Of a DNA stretch of 64,000 nucleotides, positions 1 to 12,924 are shown piece after piece (position 1 is the first letter of the stretch; every line of letters begins with the position of its first letter). The stretch is from Eledone cirrhosa (taxonomy: Eukaryota). The notes below the pieces were generated by a model, which saw nothing but the letters and a program-made list of their open reading frames with translations, was not told the DNA's origin and made no database searches. The DNA lies in NCBI GenBank assembly GCA_964016885.1, contig OZ024741.1:253332001-253396000 (forward strand). Direction: 5' to 3'. The translations under genes and the position numbers were made by a program.

Positions 1-58
1 CACACACATATATATGTATATGTGTGTGTGTGTGTTTGTATATGTATATATATATATA

Positions 59-256
59 TAGGAAAAAGTAAGACCCCGACGGCAGAGCTCAAGCTGTTTC
101 GATGGCTATTTCTGGGCGTCCAGAAATAGCCATCGAAACGGCTTGAGCTCTGCCGTCCGCGTCTTACTTTTTTCCTATTTCCCACTCTACTACCCTAAGT
201 ATTAATAATTCTGGTGCGTTATGGTCCATCTGGTTCCTTACCACAATTCCTTTGTT
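59..256. mobile_element. Hairpin-containing ~195 bp dispersed element, copy 1, in a (TA)n tract
   Basis: 61-175 is a near-perfect palindrome (ggaaaaagtaagac...tttctgg-gcgt-ccagaaatagcc...gtcttactttttcc) followed by ~80 bp of unique tail. The whole unit is the diverged reverse complement of 1775-1963. Confidence 0.75.
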
Positions 257-277
257 ATATATATATATATATATATA

Positions 278-1719
278 CAATTCCGAGAAAAGAAGGAGGC
301 TTACAAAACTTGGAAATATGTCCTCCTTCTTGCACTTGCAGTACAAGCAGGCATGAAGAATTGCAGCAGAGACAGTAAAGGCATCCAAATTTAAGACATT
401 AGAGGGTTAGGCTGGAATCCTATCAGCAAATAAAGTGTTCTGGCAGACCATCTGCTGACTTTCTAATAGGAACTCATTGTCCACACCTCCTATCAAGAAT
501 GCGCCTGGGGTTGTCCTCTCTTCAGAGAGGTGCATCTTTGTAATGTTGAGAGAATACTTTGCTGATCTAAACCCGATCACAACAGTATCTTCTGATGTAC
601 ACGATGTGCATCTGGGAATGATGACTAATCTCTTGGAGGTTGAGGTCACAAGAATAGTTAAAGAACTCAAAAAGGCAAAGCCACTGGGGAAGATGAAATC
701 CAGCCTGAAATGTTAAATGCCTTAAATAGAGAAGGTATTCTCTGGCTGACTCATGAGTATTGGATGGCCTGGATCTCTGGAAATGTACCTAAGAAATGGC
801 AATTAGAAGTGATATTCCCAATTTTCATAAATGGAGACAAAAGAGATTGTTCCAATTACAGAGGAATCTCCTTGTTAAGCCTTCCTGGTAAAGTCTAAGC
901 TAAGTGTCTGGCAAAGCTATGCAGGGAGATTGTCAAGTCCAAGCTAGATGATGAACAGTGTAGTTTTCACCCCAGACACACCACAGCTGACCAAATATTC
1001 ACACTGCAGCAGGTCTTTCAGAAATGGGACTATTGCCAAGAGGTGTATTCTTGTTTTGTTGACCTTGATGGGGAAGGTTCTGCCGGAGTTGGGATCGATG
1101 GTCAGCTTCTTGCTGCCCTGATGTCTCTATTCAAATGCCTATCTTCGAGCCATGTTCACAAGTGATAGAAGGCAGGAGGCTGAATTAAGCGCAAGAATTG
1201 CAGGAGCTGGTGCAGTAATGCCCCAGCTTCAGAATTCAGTAATTAGAAGAAAGGAGGTAGGTATAAAAGCCAAACTAGTTATCTCCAATACAATATTTGT
1301 GCCAACCCTTACCTATTGTCATGAATCTTGGGAATTGACCAAAAGAATACGAACATGAATACAAGCAGCCAAAATGGGGTTCCTCCAAAGGCTCTTTGGA
1401 GTAACATTACTCAATAGAGTGCATAGCTCGGAGATCAGAGAGTCACTCCAGGTAGAGACGCTACTTCTCTGAATTGTGATAGCATGGCTACAATACTATG
1501 GGTATGGACAGATTTTATGGGCAAAGCCAACTGGCAAGTGACCCAGGTTAGGGTAGATTCTGAGCAAGATGGTCGGATGACCTCTATGAGCTTCGTTGGA
1601 TCACTTGGGGATTCAGCCAGACCAGTTAGAGATGGCTGCTTCTGACAGTACTCACTGGAAGGAGTGTCTGAGGACTCTGCTCCCACAACCCTCGCATGAA
1701 TAAGTAAATGAAGAAGAAG

Positions 1720-1720
<1 letters not shown>
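278..1720 (+). mobile_element. Decayed, internally deleted RTE-clade LINE (ORF2 pieces plus 3' end)
   Basis: Translated pieces include VPKKWQLEVIFPIFINGDKRDCSNYRGISLLSLPGKV (pre-RT motif) and IFVPTLTYCHESWELT..IQAAKMGFL (post-RT RTE motif). Many stops and frameshifts; ends in a (GAA)n tail at ~1710-1720. Confidence 0.9.
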
Positions 1721-1774
<54 letters not shown>

Positions 1775-1777
<3 letters not shown>

Positions 1778-1963
1778 CGAAGGAGGTGTAGTAAGGAACC
1801 AGATGGACCATAATGCACCAGAGTACTCAATACTTAGGGTAGTAGAGTGGGTAATAGGAAAAGGTTATACCCCAACGACAGAGCTCAAGCCGTTTCGATG
1901 GCTATTTCTGGAAATAGCCGTTGAAACGGCTTGAGCTCTGCCGTCGGGGTCTAACATTTTCCT
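1775..1963. mobile_element. Hairpin-containing dispersed element, copy 2 (inverted relative to copy 1)
   Basis: aaggaaccagatggaccataatgcaccaga...tacttagggtagtagagtggg then a palindrome at ~1855-1963; flanked by (TA)n on both sides. Confidence 0.75.
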
Positions 1964-2329
1964 ATATATATACATATATATACATATATATATATATATA
2001 TTTGGTATTAAATGAAAAGTTTTCAGGTCAAGTTTTCAGTTAAATATTAAAGAATTGGTAAGAATCAAATGATTGGTGGAGGACCAGAGAACTGGAGGAA
2101 TTAGGAAACTAGAAAATTGGAGGACTAAAGTGTTGGTGGACTGATGGACTGGTGGACCTGTGGGCTGCAAGAGCATAGCTGGAGATGTGTTGGATTGTAG
2201 GAAACTGGTGGTTTAGGGGATAGCGAGATGACAAAACTGGAAGACTGGGTTATTCGGGTGTACAGAGAGATTAATGTGATACAGATAAATTTAGCACAAA
2301 CATTCAATACAGTTTGACAAGCAATGGTG

Positions 2330-2470
2330 GCATTATCATTATCATCATCATCATCACCATCATCATCGTAATTATCACTGCCACTATCACCAGGACTACC
2401 ATTCATCTTCATCATCCCCACCACCACTACCACCACCACAATTATTACACTCACACTGATCATTATCATC
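2330..2470. repeat. Imperfect (CAT/CAC)n trinucleotide tract
   Basis: Seen directly; a similar tract continues at 2650-2820. Confidence 0.9.
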
Positions 2471-2471
2471 A

Positions 2472-2650
2472 GGCAGTATCGGTAGAGGGTCGGACGCCAT
2501 GCTTTGCAGCATAGAGTTACGGCCCTTTATGGTCTGAGTTCAAATCCCGCCAAGGTTAACTTTGCCTTTCATCCTTACGGGGTCGATAAAATAAAGTACC
2601 AGTAATGCACTGGAATAATTGCTGGCTTTGTGCCAAAAGTAGAAATAATT
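2472..2650 (+). mobile_element. tRNA-derived SINE, family A (Nin-domain-like centre)
   Basis: B-box-like gagttcaaatccc followed by ctttgcctttcatccttacggggtcgataaaataaagtaccag; near-identical text at 6458, 15319 and 17893(-). Confidence 0.85.
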
Positions 2651-2967
2651 ATCATCATTATCACTATCATCACCACCATCATCATCACAATCACTATCAC
2701 CATTGTCACCATTACCACCTTTATCCCCACCACCACCACCACCACTATTACCCTCACTCTGATCATTATCATCATTATCACTATCATCACCACCATTATC
2801 ATCACAATCACTATCACCTGTAATATCAGTCAGCCATTATTTCTACTATATCAGTCTGCCATCACTACATCACATTACGCAGCATGAGACAGGATGCTAC
2901 ATCATCATCAATGGCATTGCCCCAGCATGACCTCAGCCAGTTGACTGGAATAGGTAAAAGATAAAAA

Positions 2968-3225
2968 ATCATCGCCATTTAACATCTATTTTCCATGCCT
3001 GCATGAGTTAGACGGGTTGTAACATTATGTGACAAATCAGGTCAGGTGACCATGTCTTGCTTATATGGAACTGTTTCTGGCATGGTTCCTACAGCTGGAT
3101 GCTCTTCCTAATGCCAACCAAACTAGAGGGTGGACTTGGTGCTTTTTATCATCGCAGAGTGGATTGTGTTCTTTTACATCTTAGTACTAGCACGACCATA
3201 TACAGGGTGGAATGGGTGCTTTATG
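2968..3225 (-). mobile_element. SINE family C (RTE-derived 3' tail), 5'-truncated
   Basis: Reverse complement of gcatccagctgtag...gtctaactcatgcaggcatggaaaatagatgttaaatg; matches copies at 4930, 12925, 23140 and 24975. Confidence 0.8.
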
Positions 3226-3246
3226 TCCTATAGTAACATTATTTAA

Positions 3247-3454
3247 CCCTTTAGCATTTACACTACTTTATATTTACTATTGTATTTTCACAGCAAACAC
3301 TTTACCTCACATAATATTGAAGCTATAGGATTTATATGTTATTTATTTTGAGAACAATACCTTAACATAATTATGAGCAGCTGGCTATGGCCAGTTTGAA
3401 CAGAAAGAGATGAGAGAATTCTGGCCAGATACGTCTGGTTTAAATGCTAAAGGG
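3247..3454. mobile_element. piggyBac-type MITE, copy 1
   Basis: TTAA|ccctttagcattta...taaatgctaaaggg|TTAA: perfect 14-bp TIR, TTAA target duplication, CCC..GGG ends. Confidence 0.88.
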
Positions 3455-3597
3455 TTAATAAAATATGCACAGGCCATTATCTATTAGAACACAGAGAACA
3501 ATGCTGCCAGCATAGTATGAAAGATCCCATGTTATAAAGAGCATTACAGTCATACTTACATATGGCCTCGCAATCCCCAATATCAAGACCCGTACAG

Positions 3598-3755
3598 TGT
3601 GAAGGAGTGTGGCCTACTGTTTAGGAAGTTGGACATATAATCATATTGTTGTGGGTTTGATTCCTGGACCAAGTTGAGTGTTGTGTTCTTCAGCAAAATA
3701 CTTCATTTCACATTGCTCTAGTACATTCAAATGAAAATTGGTACCAGCAGAACTG
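3598..3755 (+). mobile_element. tRNA-derived SINE family B, diverged 5' part
   Basis: gtggcctactgtttagg (A-box-like), gggtttgattcc (B-box-like), gtgttcttcagcaaaatacttcatttcacattgct; homologous to 13360-13500. Confidence 0.75.
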
Positions 3756-3930
3756 CCAGAACTTCCAGACGCTGTTACAAATATCATCTTAACTGATTAG
3801 ATATAAATTTGAAAGACTGAGAAGACAAATATTTCTTGCCATTATCACCATTAGAGATTGTCGCTTCTTGTTTATTTTCTGATATATGTAGGTAATTGAA
3901 CAAGGAACAGTAATTTTCAGTTTAAATGCA

Positions 3931-4631
3931 CAAGGTGTTTCAGAAAAAAATTAATATCACTAATATGTGGTGTGCATATTGAAAAAATGTGAAATCGTTC
4001 ATGAAATTCACATACCTTTGAACTTTTCATTCAAATTTTGAAGAATAAATCTTATTTTTTTCAATATTAAACTTGTTTGGTTTCATTTGCCTAGACCAGT
4101 GTTTCTCAACCTGAGGGGTTTGCCAGATATTGCTAGGGGTTCCGTGAGAAACAGTGATAAATAAGTTAATGTGTTTTTGAGTAAATTTAGTTTGATTTTA
4201 TATTCATTAATTTACTATACGTAGAGCATATTATTGAAAAATCCTTGGTTATTATGATAAAGGCTTCAACCTCTTATATTATTTAAAACTAGGTCATTAC
4301 TCATCGCTATGCTGAGGTCTCATAAAGGGTCAGTATGACTTTTTCTTTCATTGCCAATAAATTTGATAAAAAAAGGGATCATTTTTTCCTTAAACTAGTT
4401 ATCCAAAAAAATAAAATGAATATTATGTTTACAATGTGAACTGTGTTAAAAATATAGAAGATAGATATTAATAATGGTATATAATAATTTTTATGCAGGA
4501 ATTCCCTGAGACATGGAAACTATTTCAAGGGTTCCATAAGAGTAAAAAGGTTGAGAAATGCTAGCCTAGACTATATAGTTATACAAATATTTACAACTCA
4601 AATGATATTAAAATATTTTTGAAACACCCTG
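3931..4631. mobile_element. Tc1/mariner-type MITE interrupted by a hAT MITE
   Basis: Left end caaggtgtttcagaaaaaaattaatatca versus reverse complement of right end cagggtgtttcaaaaatattttaatatca; TA follows the right end. Confidence 0.7.
4097..4563. mobile_element. hAT (Charlie-like) MITE with 8-bp TSD
   Basis: TIRs cagtgtttctcaacc / ggttgagaaatgcta; identical flanking gcctagac at 4089-4096 and 4564-4571. Confidence 0.88.
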
Positions 4632-4929
4632 TATTCATAACAAGACTATATGCTTGTATGTTTATTATACATAAAGATGTCACACTGCCTTCTTATACAC
4701 TCCTTCAATGCATGACAAAATATATATACATACATGGTGATACGTAAGCAGAATATAGACCCTCGCCTGCTTCATTACTGACTTGGTGTACGTAAATTCG
4801 TCCAACCCTTGTTAACAAGGAAAGTGGACAAGGCTGGATTTGGTAGGGGGGAAACTGTAAGGAAGCCCATCAAAGGTCTTATCTATGTCCACAATCACTA
4901 GGTACAGTGGCTTACTTATATTTATATAT

Positions 4930-5075
4930 AGAAGGACATCCAGTCTTAGAAACCAAGTCCCAAAAGAAAACCATATGTTCAAGACACGGTCACCTGACCT
5001 GACTTATCACATACTGTCATAACCTGTCTAACCCATGCAAGCATGGAAAATAGACATTAAATGATGATGATGATA
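4930..5075 (+). mobile_element. SINE family C 3' fragment with (GAT)n tail
   Basis: gaaggacatccag...ctgtctaacccatgcaagcatggaaaatagacattaaatgatgatgat. Confidence 0.8.
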
Positions 5076-5102
5076 ATGTATATCATCGTTATCATCACTG
5101 TT

Positions 5103-5690
5103 TTATGTCTGTTTTTCTATGATTTCATGGGTTGGATGGGTCCTTTCCAGTCTAGTATCTCTCCATTCCTGTTCTATGGTTGCATGGGTTGGATGGGTCC
5201 TTTCCAGTCTAGCATCTCTCCATTCCTGTTCTATGGTTGCATGGGTTGGATGGGTCCTTTCTAGCACAGCATCTCTCCATTCCTGGTCCATGGTTGCATG
5301 GGTTGGATGGGTCCTTTCTAACACAGCATCTCTCCATTCCTGGTCCATGATTGCATGGGTTGGATGGGTCCTTTCTAGCACAGCATCTCTCCATTCTTGT
5401 TCTATGGTTGCATGGGTTGGATGGGTCCTTTCTAGCACAGTATCTCTCCATTCCTGGTCCATGGTTGCATGGGTTGGATGGGTCCTTTCTAGCACAGCAT
5501 CTCTCCATTCCTGGTCCATGGTTGCATGGGTTGGATGGGTCCTTTCTAGCACAGCATCTCTCCATTCCTGGTCCATGGTTGCATGGGTTGGATGGGTCCT
5601 TTCTAACACAGCATCTCTCCATTCCTGGTCCATGATTGCATGGGTTGGATGGGTCCTTTCTAACACAGCATCTCTCGATTCTTGTTAATT
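5103..5690 (-). repeat. 57-bp minisatellite (10 units) derived from an RTE LINE 3' end
   Basis: Unit starts at 5126, 5183 ... 5639. The minus strand reads (DQEWRDAVLERTHPTHATM)n...EKQT*, matching EWRDAVLNRTCPTLASREKQT* at 24188-24254. Confidence 0.92.
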
Positions 5691-5724
5691 CTTCATCAAC
5701 TCAGCTGTATTCAAACTAATATAT

Positions 5725-5851
5725 AAACATACACACAAATACACACACAGGCACACACAAACACATATACGCACATACACACACACATACACAGCTACAA
5801 ACATGCTCACACATACACAGTTACAAACACACACACACACACACTCACACA

Positions 5852-5904
<53 letters not shown>

Positions 5905-5950
5905 ACACTCACAGCTACATACACACACACTCATACACATGCACACACAA
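5725..5950. repeat. (CA)n microsatellite
   Basis: Seen directly. Confidence 0.95.
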
Positions 5951-6004
5951 TATAAAAATTAAGTGGAAAGTTAAAGGTCAGCAATAAATGAAGAAATCAA
6001 TTTA

Positions 6005-6265
6005 GCAGTGATAGTGGTGGTGTGGGAGGGTGATGGGGGGGAGACGGTGGGGGGGGGGGGTTGTAGTGGTGGTGGTGGTGGGGGATATGGTGGAGATAGT
6101 GGTTTGTGTGTGTAGGGGTAGAGATGGTGGTGAGTGTGTGTAGGGGTAGAGATGGTGGTGAGTGTGTGGTGGTGGGATGGTGGTGTGTGTGTGGTGGTGG
6201 TGGTGGGATGGTGGTGTGTGTGTGTGTGGTGGTGGAGGTGGCAGTAATGGTGGTCGTAGCAGTAG
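6005..6265. repeat. (GGT)/(GT)-rich low-complexity tract
   Basis: Seen directly; includes a duplicated gtgtgtaggggtagagatggtggtgagt. Confidence 0.85.
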
Positions 6266-6457
6266 CAAGGGTATGGTATGGTTTTGTGAAGACTTGTAGT
6301 AAAAGACCTGAAGAACACACACATTAGCACCCATCCAACAATACACTCACACATTACCCCCCCCCCCCACACCACCACCACCAACAGCAACAACAACATC
6401 ATCGTTATCATTATTATTACTGTCATCATCATTATCATCATCATCACATCATCCCAT

Positions 6458-6575
6458 TCTGAGTTCAAATCCCGCCGAGGTTAACTTTACCTTTCATCCT
6501 TACGGGGTCGATAAAATAAAGTACCAGTAATGCACTGGGTAATTGCTCGCCTTGTGCCAAGAGTAGAGACAATTA
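6458..6575 (+). mobile_element. SINE family A, 5'-truncated
   Basis: ctgagttcaaatcccgccgaggttaactttacctttcatccttacggggtcgataaaataaagtaccag. Confidence 0.85.
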
Positions 6576-6789
6576 TCATCATCATCACAATCACCATCAT
6601 TATCATAACTGTCACCATCACTATCACCATCATCATTACTACTATCATCAGCATCACCATCATAAACATCTATGTCACAATCTTCATTCTTGTTATCATC
6701 ATCATCCTCACTACCACCATCACCATCATCACCGCCATTACCATCAACACCACCACAACCATTGCCATCACTATCACCACCATCAACAA

Positions 6790-9700
6790 CAACACCATCG
6801 TCACCATTATCACCACCACCAACACCATTATCACCACCACCAACACCATTATCACCACCACCAACACCATTATCACCACCACCAACACCATTATCCCCAC
6901 CACCAACACCATTATCACCACCACCAACACCATTATCACCACCACCAACACCATTATCTCCACCACCACCACCAACACCATTATCACCACCACCAACAAC
7001 AACACCACCACCAACACCATTATCACCACCACCATTATCACCACCACCAACACCATTATCACCAGCACCAACACCATTATCACCACCACCAACACCATTA
7101 TCCCCACCACCAACACCATTATCACCACCACCAACACCATTATCACCACCACCAACACCATTATCACCACCACCAACACCATTATCACCACCACCAACAC
7201 CATTATCACCACCACCACCAACACCATTATCACCAGCACCAACACCATTATCACCACCACCAACACCATTATCACCACCAGCAACACCATTATCACCACC
7301 ACCAACACCATTATCACCACCACCAACACCATTATCACCACCACCAACACCATTATCACCACCACCACCAACACCATTATCACCACCACCAACACCATTA
7401 TCACCACCACCAACACCATTATCACCACCACCAACACCATTATCACCACCACCAACACCATAATCACCAGCACCAACACCATTATCTCCACCACCACCAC
7501 CAACACCATTATCACCACCACCAACACCATTATCACCACCACCACCACCAACAACAACACCACCACCAACACCATTATCACCACCACCATTATCACCACC
7601 ACCAACACCATTATCACCACCACCAACACCATTATCCCCACCACCAACACCATTATCACCACCACCAACACCATTATCACCACCACCAACACCATTATCA
7701 CCACCACCAACACCATTATCACCACCACCAACACCATTATCACCAGCACCAACACCATTATCTCCACCACCACCACCAACACCATTATCACCACCACCAA
7801 CACCATTATCACCACCACCAACACCATTATCACCACCACCAACACCATTATCACCACCACCAACACCATTATCCCCACCACCAACACCATTATCACCACC
7901 ACCAACACCATTATCACCACCACCAACACCATTATCTCCACCACCACCACCAACACCATTATCACCACCACCAACACCATTATCACCACCACCAACACCA
8001 TTATCTCCACCACCAACACCATTATCACCACCACCAACACCATTATCACCACCACCAACACCATTATCTCCACCACCACCACCAACACCATTATCACCAC
8101 CACCAACACCATTATCTCCACCACCACCACCAACACCATTATCACCACCACCAACACCATTATCACCACCACCAACACCATTATCACCAGCACCAACACC
8201 ATTATCACCACCACCAACACCATTATCCCCACCACCAACACCATTATCACCACCACCAACACCATCACCACCACCACCAACACCATTATCACCACCACCA
8301 ACACCATTATCACCACCACCAACACCATTATCACCAGCACCAACACCATTATCACCACCACCAACACCATTATCCCCACCACCAACACCATTATCACCAC
8401 CACCAACACCATCACCACCACCACCAACACCATTATTACCACCACCAACACCATTATCACCACCACCAACACCATTATCACCACCACCAATACCATTATC
8501 ACCACGACGACATCATTATCACCAGCACCAACACCATTATCACCACCACCAACACCATTATCTCCACCACCAACACCATTATCACCACCACCAACACCAT
8601 TATCACCACCACCAACACCATTATCTCCACCACCACCACCAGCACCATTATCACCAGCACCAACACCATTATCTCCACCACCACCACCATCACCATTATC
8701 ACCAGCACCAAAACCATTATCACCACCACCAACACCATTATCACCACCACCAACACCATTATCACCACCACCAACACCATTATCACCACCACCAACACCA
8801 TTATCACCACCACCAACACCATTATCACCACCACCAACACCATTATCACCACCACCAACACCATTATCACCACCACCAACACCATTATCACCACCACCAA
8901 CACCATTATCACCACCACCACCAACACCATTATCACCACCACCAACACCATTATCACCACCACCAACACCATTATCACCACCACCAACACCATTATCACC
9001 ACCACCAACACCATTATCACACACCACCAACACCATTATCACCACCACCAACACCATTATCACCACCACCAACACCATTATCACCACCACCAAAACCATT
9101 ATCACCACCACCAACACCATTATCACCACCACCAACACCATTATCCCCACCACCAACACCATTATCACCACCACCAACACCATTATCACCACCACCAACA
9201 CCATTATCTCCACCACCATCACCAACACCATTATCACCACCACCAACACCATTATCACCACCACCAACACCATTATCACCACCACCAACACCATTATCAC
9301 CACCACCAACACCATTATCACCACCACCACCAACACCATTATCACCACCACCAACACCATTATCACCACCACCAACACCATTATCACCACCACCAACACC
9401 ATTATCCCCACCACCAACACCATTATCACCACCACCAACACCATTATCACCACCACCAACACCATAATCACCAGCACCAACACCATTATCTCCACCACCA
9501 CCACCAACACCATTATCACCACCACCAACACCATTATCACCACCACCACCACCACCAACAACAACACCACCACCAACACCATTATCACCACCACCAACAC
9601 CATTATCACCACCACCAACACCATTATCCCCACCACCAACACCATTATCACCACCACCAACACCATTATCACCACCACCAACACCATTATCACCACCACC

Positions 9701-11590
9701 AACACCATTATCACCACCACCAACACCATTATCACCACCACCACCACCACCAACAACACCACCACCAACACCATTATCACCACCACCATTATCACCACCA
9801 CCAACACCATTATCACCAGCACCAACACCATTATCCCCACCACCAACACCATTATCCCCACCATTATCACCACCACCACCACCAACACCATTATCACCAC
9901 CACCAACACCATTATCACCACCACCAACACCATTATCACCACCACCAACACCATTATCACCACCACCACCAACACCATTATCACCAGCACCAACACCATT
10001 ATCACCACCACCAACACCATTATCACCACCACCAACACCATTATCACCACCACCAACACCATTATCTCCACCACCATCACCAACACCATTATCACCACCA
10101 CCAACACCATTATCACCACCACCACCACCAACAACAACACCACCACCAACACCATTATCACCACCACCATTATCACCACCACCAACACCATTATCACCAG
10201 CACCAACACCATTATCACCACCACCAACACCATTATCTCCACCACCAACACCATTATCACCACCACCAACACCATTATCACCACCACCAACACCATTATC
10301 TCCACCACCATCACCAACACCATTATCACCACCACCAACACCATTATCACCACCACCACCACCAACAACAACACCACCACCAACACCATTATCACCACCA
10401 CCATTATCACCACCACCAACACCATTATCACCAGCACCAACACCATTATCACCACCACCAACACCATTATCCCCACCACCAACACCATTATCACCACCAC
10501 CAACACCATTATCACCACCACCAACACCATTATCACCACCACCAACACCATTATCACCACCACCAACACCATTATCACCACCACCACCAACACCATTATC
10601 ACCAGCACCAACACCATTATCACCACCACCAACACCATTATCACCACCACCAACACCATTATCACCACCACCAACACCATTATCACCACCACCAACACCA
10701 TTATCACCACCACCAACACCATTATCACCACCACCACCAACACCATTATCACCACCACCAACACCATTATCACCACCACCAACACCATTATCACCACCAC
10801 CAACACCATTATCACCACCACCAACACCATTATCACCAATACCAACACCATTATCACCACCACCAACACCATTATCACCACCACCAACACCATTATCACC
10901 ACCACCACCACCAACACCATTATCACCACCACCACCAACACCATTATCACCACCACCAACACCATTATCTCCACCACCAACACCATTATCACCACCAACA
11001 CCATCACCACCACCAACACCATTATCACCACCACCAACACCATTATCACCACCACCACCAACACCATTATCACCACCACCAACACCATTATCACCACCAC
11101 CACCAACACCATTATCACCACCACCAACACCATTATCACCACCACCAACACCATTATCACCACCACCAACACCATCATCACCACCACCAACACCATTATC
11201 ACCAGCACCAACACCATTATCACCACCACCAACACCCTTACCTCCACCACCATCACCAACACCACCACCAACACCATTATCACCACCACCAACACCATTA
11301 TCTGCACCAACAACACCATCACAGTGCCACCAATACCATTATCACCACCACCACCACCAACAACAACACCACCACCAACACCATTATCACCACCACCAAC
11401 ACCATTATCACCACCACCAACACCATTATCACCACCACCAACACCATTATCACCACCACCAACACCAACACCACCACCATCACCAACACCATTATCACCA
11501 CCACCATTATCTCCACCACTACCATCACCAACACCATTATCTCCACCACCACCATCACCAACACCATTATCACCTCCACCAATACCGTCA
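6790..11590. repeat. ~4.8 kb 21-bp minisatellite (accattatcaccaccaccaac)n
   Basis: More than 200 units with a variable number of CAC triplets; grades into imperfect (CAT/CAC)n at both ends. Confidence 0.97.
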
Positions 11591-11677
11591 CAGTTCCACC
11601 ACCACCATCATCATCATTACCAGCACCATCTTCACCAACACAATTATCACCATCAACCATCACATTACCGCCAACAC

Positions 11678-11930
11678 TACCACTAACACTATCATCTCCA
11701 CCAATACCACTAACACTATCATCTCCACCAATACCACTAACACTATCATCTCCACCAATACCACTGACACTATCATCTCCACCAATACCACTAACACTAT
11801 CATCTCCACCAATACCACTAACACTATCATCTCCACCAATACCACTAACACTATCATCTCCACCAATACCACTAACACTATCATCTCCACCAATACCACT
11901 AACACTATCATCTCCACCAATACCACTGAC
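11678..11930. repeat. 27-bp minisatellite (actaacactatcatctccaccaatacc) x~9
   Basis: Near-perfect tandem copies seen directly. Confidence 0.95.
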
Positions 11931-12446
11931 TCTATTACCATTATTTTAATCATATAATACCCCCCACCAATAATACACCACCATTACAACTACTACAAAC
12001 ATATACCACCACCACCACCACTGCCACTTATTATACATCAACACCACTACCACTGCCACTTATTATTATACACCACCACCACTGCCAGTATTATTATTAT
12101 ACACCACCACCACTTCACACCAGTTATTAATGTTAAGTGATATTTCCCCCTGCACCCTCACCTTTGTTGTCCACCCCACCCCCACTTCTGCTGCCAACTG
12201 TACTTTCCAACAGTGATAATAAAGTGTTAATGTGGAGAGGAGGGGGGTAGGGTTTTGTGAAATAGGGTGGGGTAGGGTTTTGGGAACTGACTAACGAAGA
12301 GAACATTTCCACTAATGACAATCATGCCATAATTATTTCCCATCTAATGAGTTGGTTAACAAAGGTCAGAGTTGACCATAGTGATAATTGGGGAAAGTGA
12401 ATGAGTTGATTATAATAAATAGATGGTTAATGATGGTGAAGGACAA

Positions 12447-12733
12447 GGGGTGTAGTCCCTCTTATATGGTTATATGATTGGCAAAGTAATGAGGTGAGAG
12501 TTAAGCCTGTGATGGACTGGCGTCCTGTCCAGTGGGGTGTCATATACTGTCAGTTGCTTAATATCAATGAAACCAGTCTTTCGTTTTAATGGAATAGGGG
12601 TGTGGTCCCTTTTATATGGTTATATGATTGGCAAAGTGATGAGGTGAGAGTTAATCTTGTAATGGACTGCCATCTTTTGGTTGCTTAATATCAATGAAAC
12701 TGGTTATATGTTTTTATGGAGTAAGGGGTGTAG
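12447..12733. repeat. Diverged local tandem duplication (150 bp and 128 bp units); a third unit resumes at 13631
   Basis: ggggtgtRgtccctYttatatggttatatgattggcaaagt at 12447 and 12597; a start at 12725 continues as ggggtgtggttcctgttatatggctgtatgactg at 13631. Confidence 0.75.
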
Positions 12734-12924
12734 ATGTGGAGGTATGTGGCCTCATTAGCATAGCTAACAGGAGGGAAGGGGAGCAGTCTGCCCCGAGTGA
12801 CACTTTTATGGGGGCAGCACTATTGGGTCTGCTGTAGACTATAAGCATTCTTTTAATGTTGCAACATAATATTATAATTGTACACAGACTAGTTAATATG
12901 TATATATTATGAGATCGAGACCGT

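Noticed and set aside
5103-5690. CRISPR-like appearance or 187-189 aa repeat proteins
   Set aside because: No unique spacers, no cas genes, eukaryotic context; explained as LINE-derived tandem copies.
6530-11686. 1718-aa Thr/Ile/Pro-rich mucin- or extensin-like ORF and its 1550-aa antisense ORF
   Set aside because: Starts inside a SINE, consists of triplet-derived repeat that rarely forms stops, is open on both strands and changes register freely.
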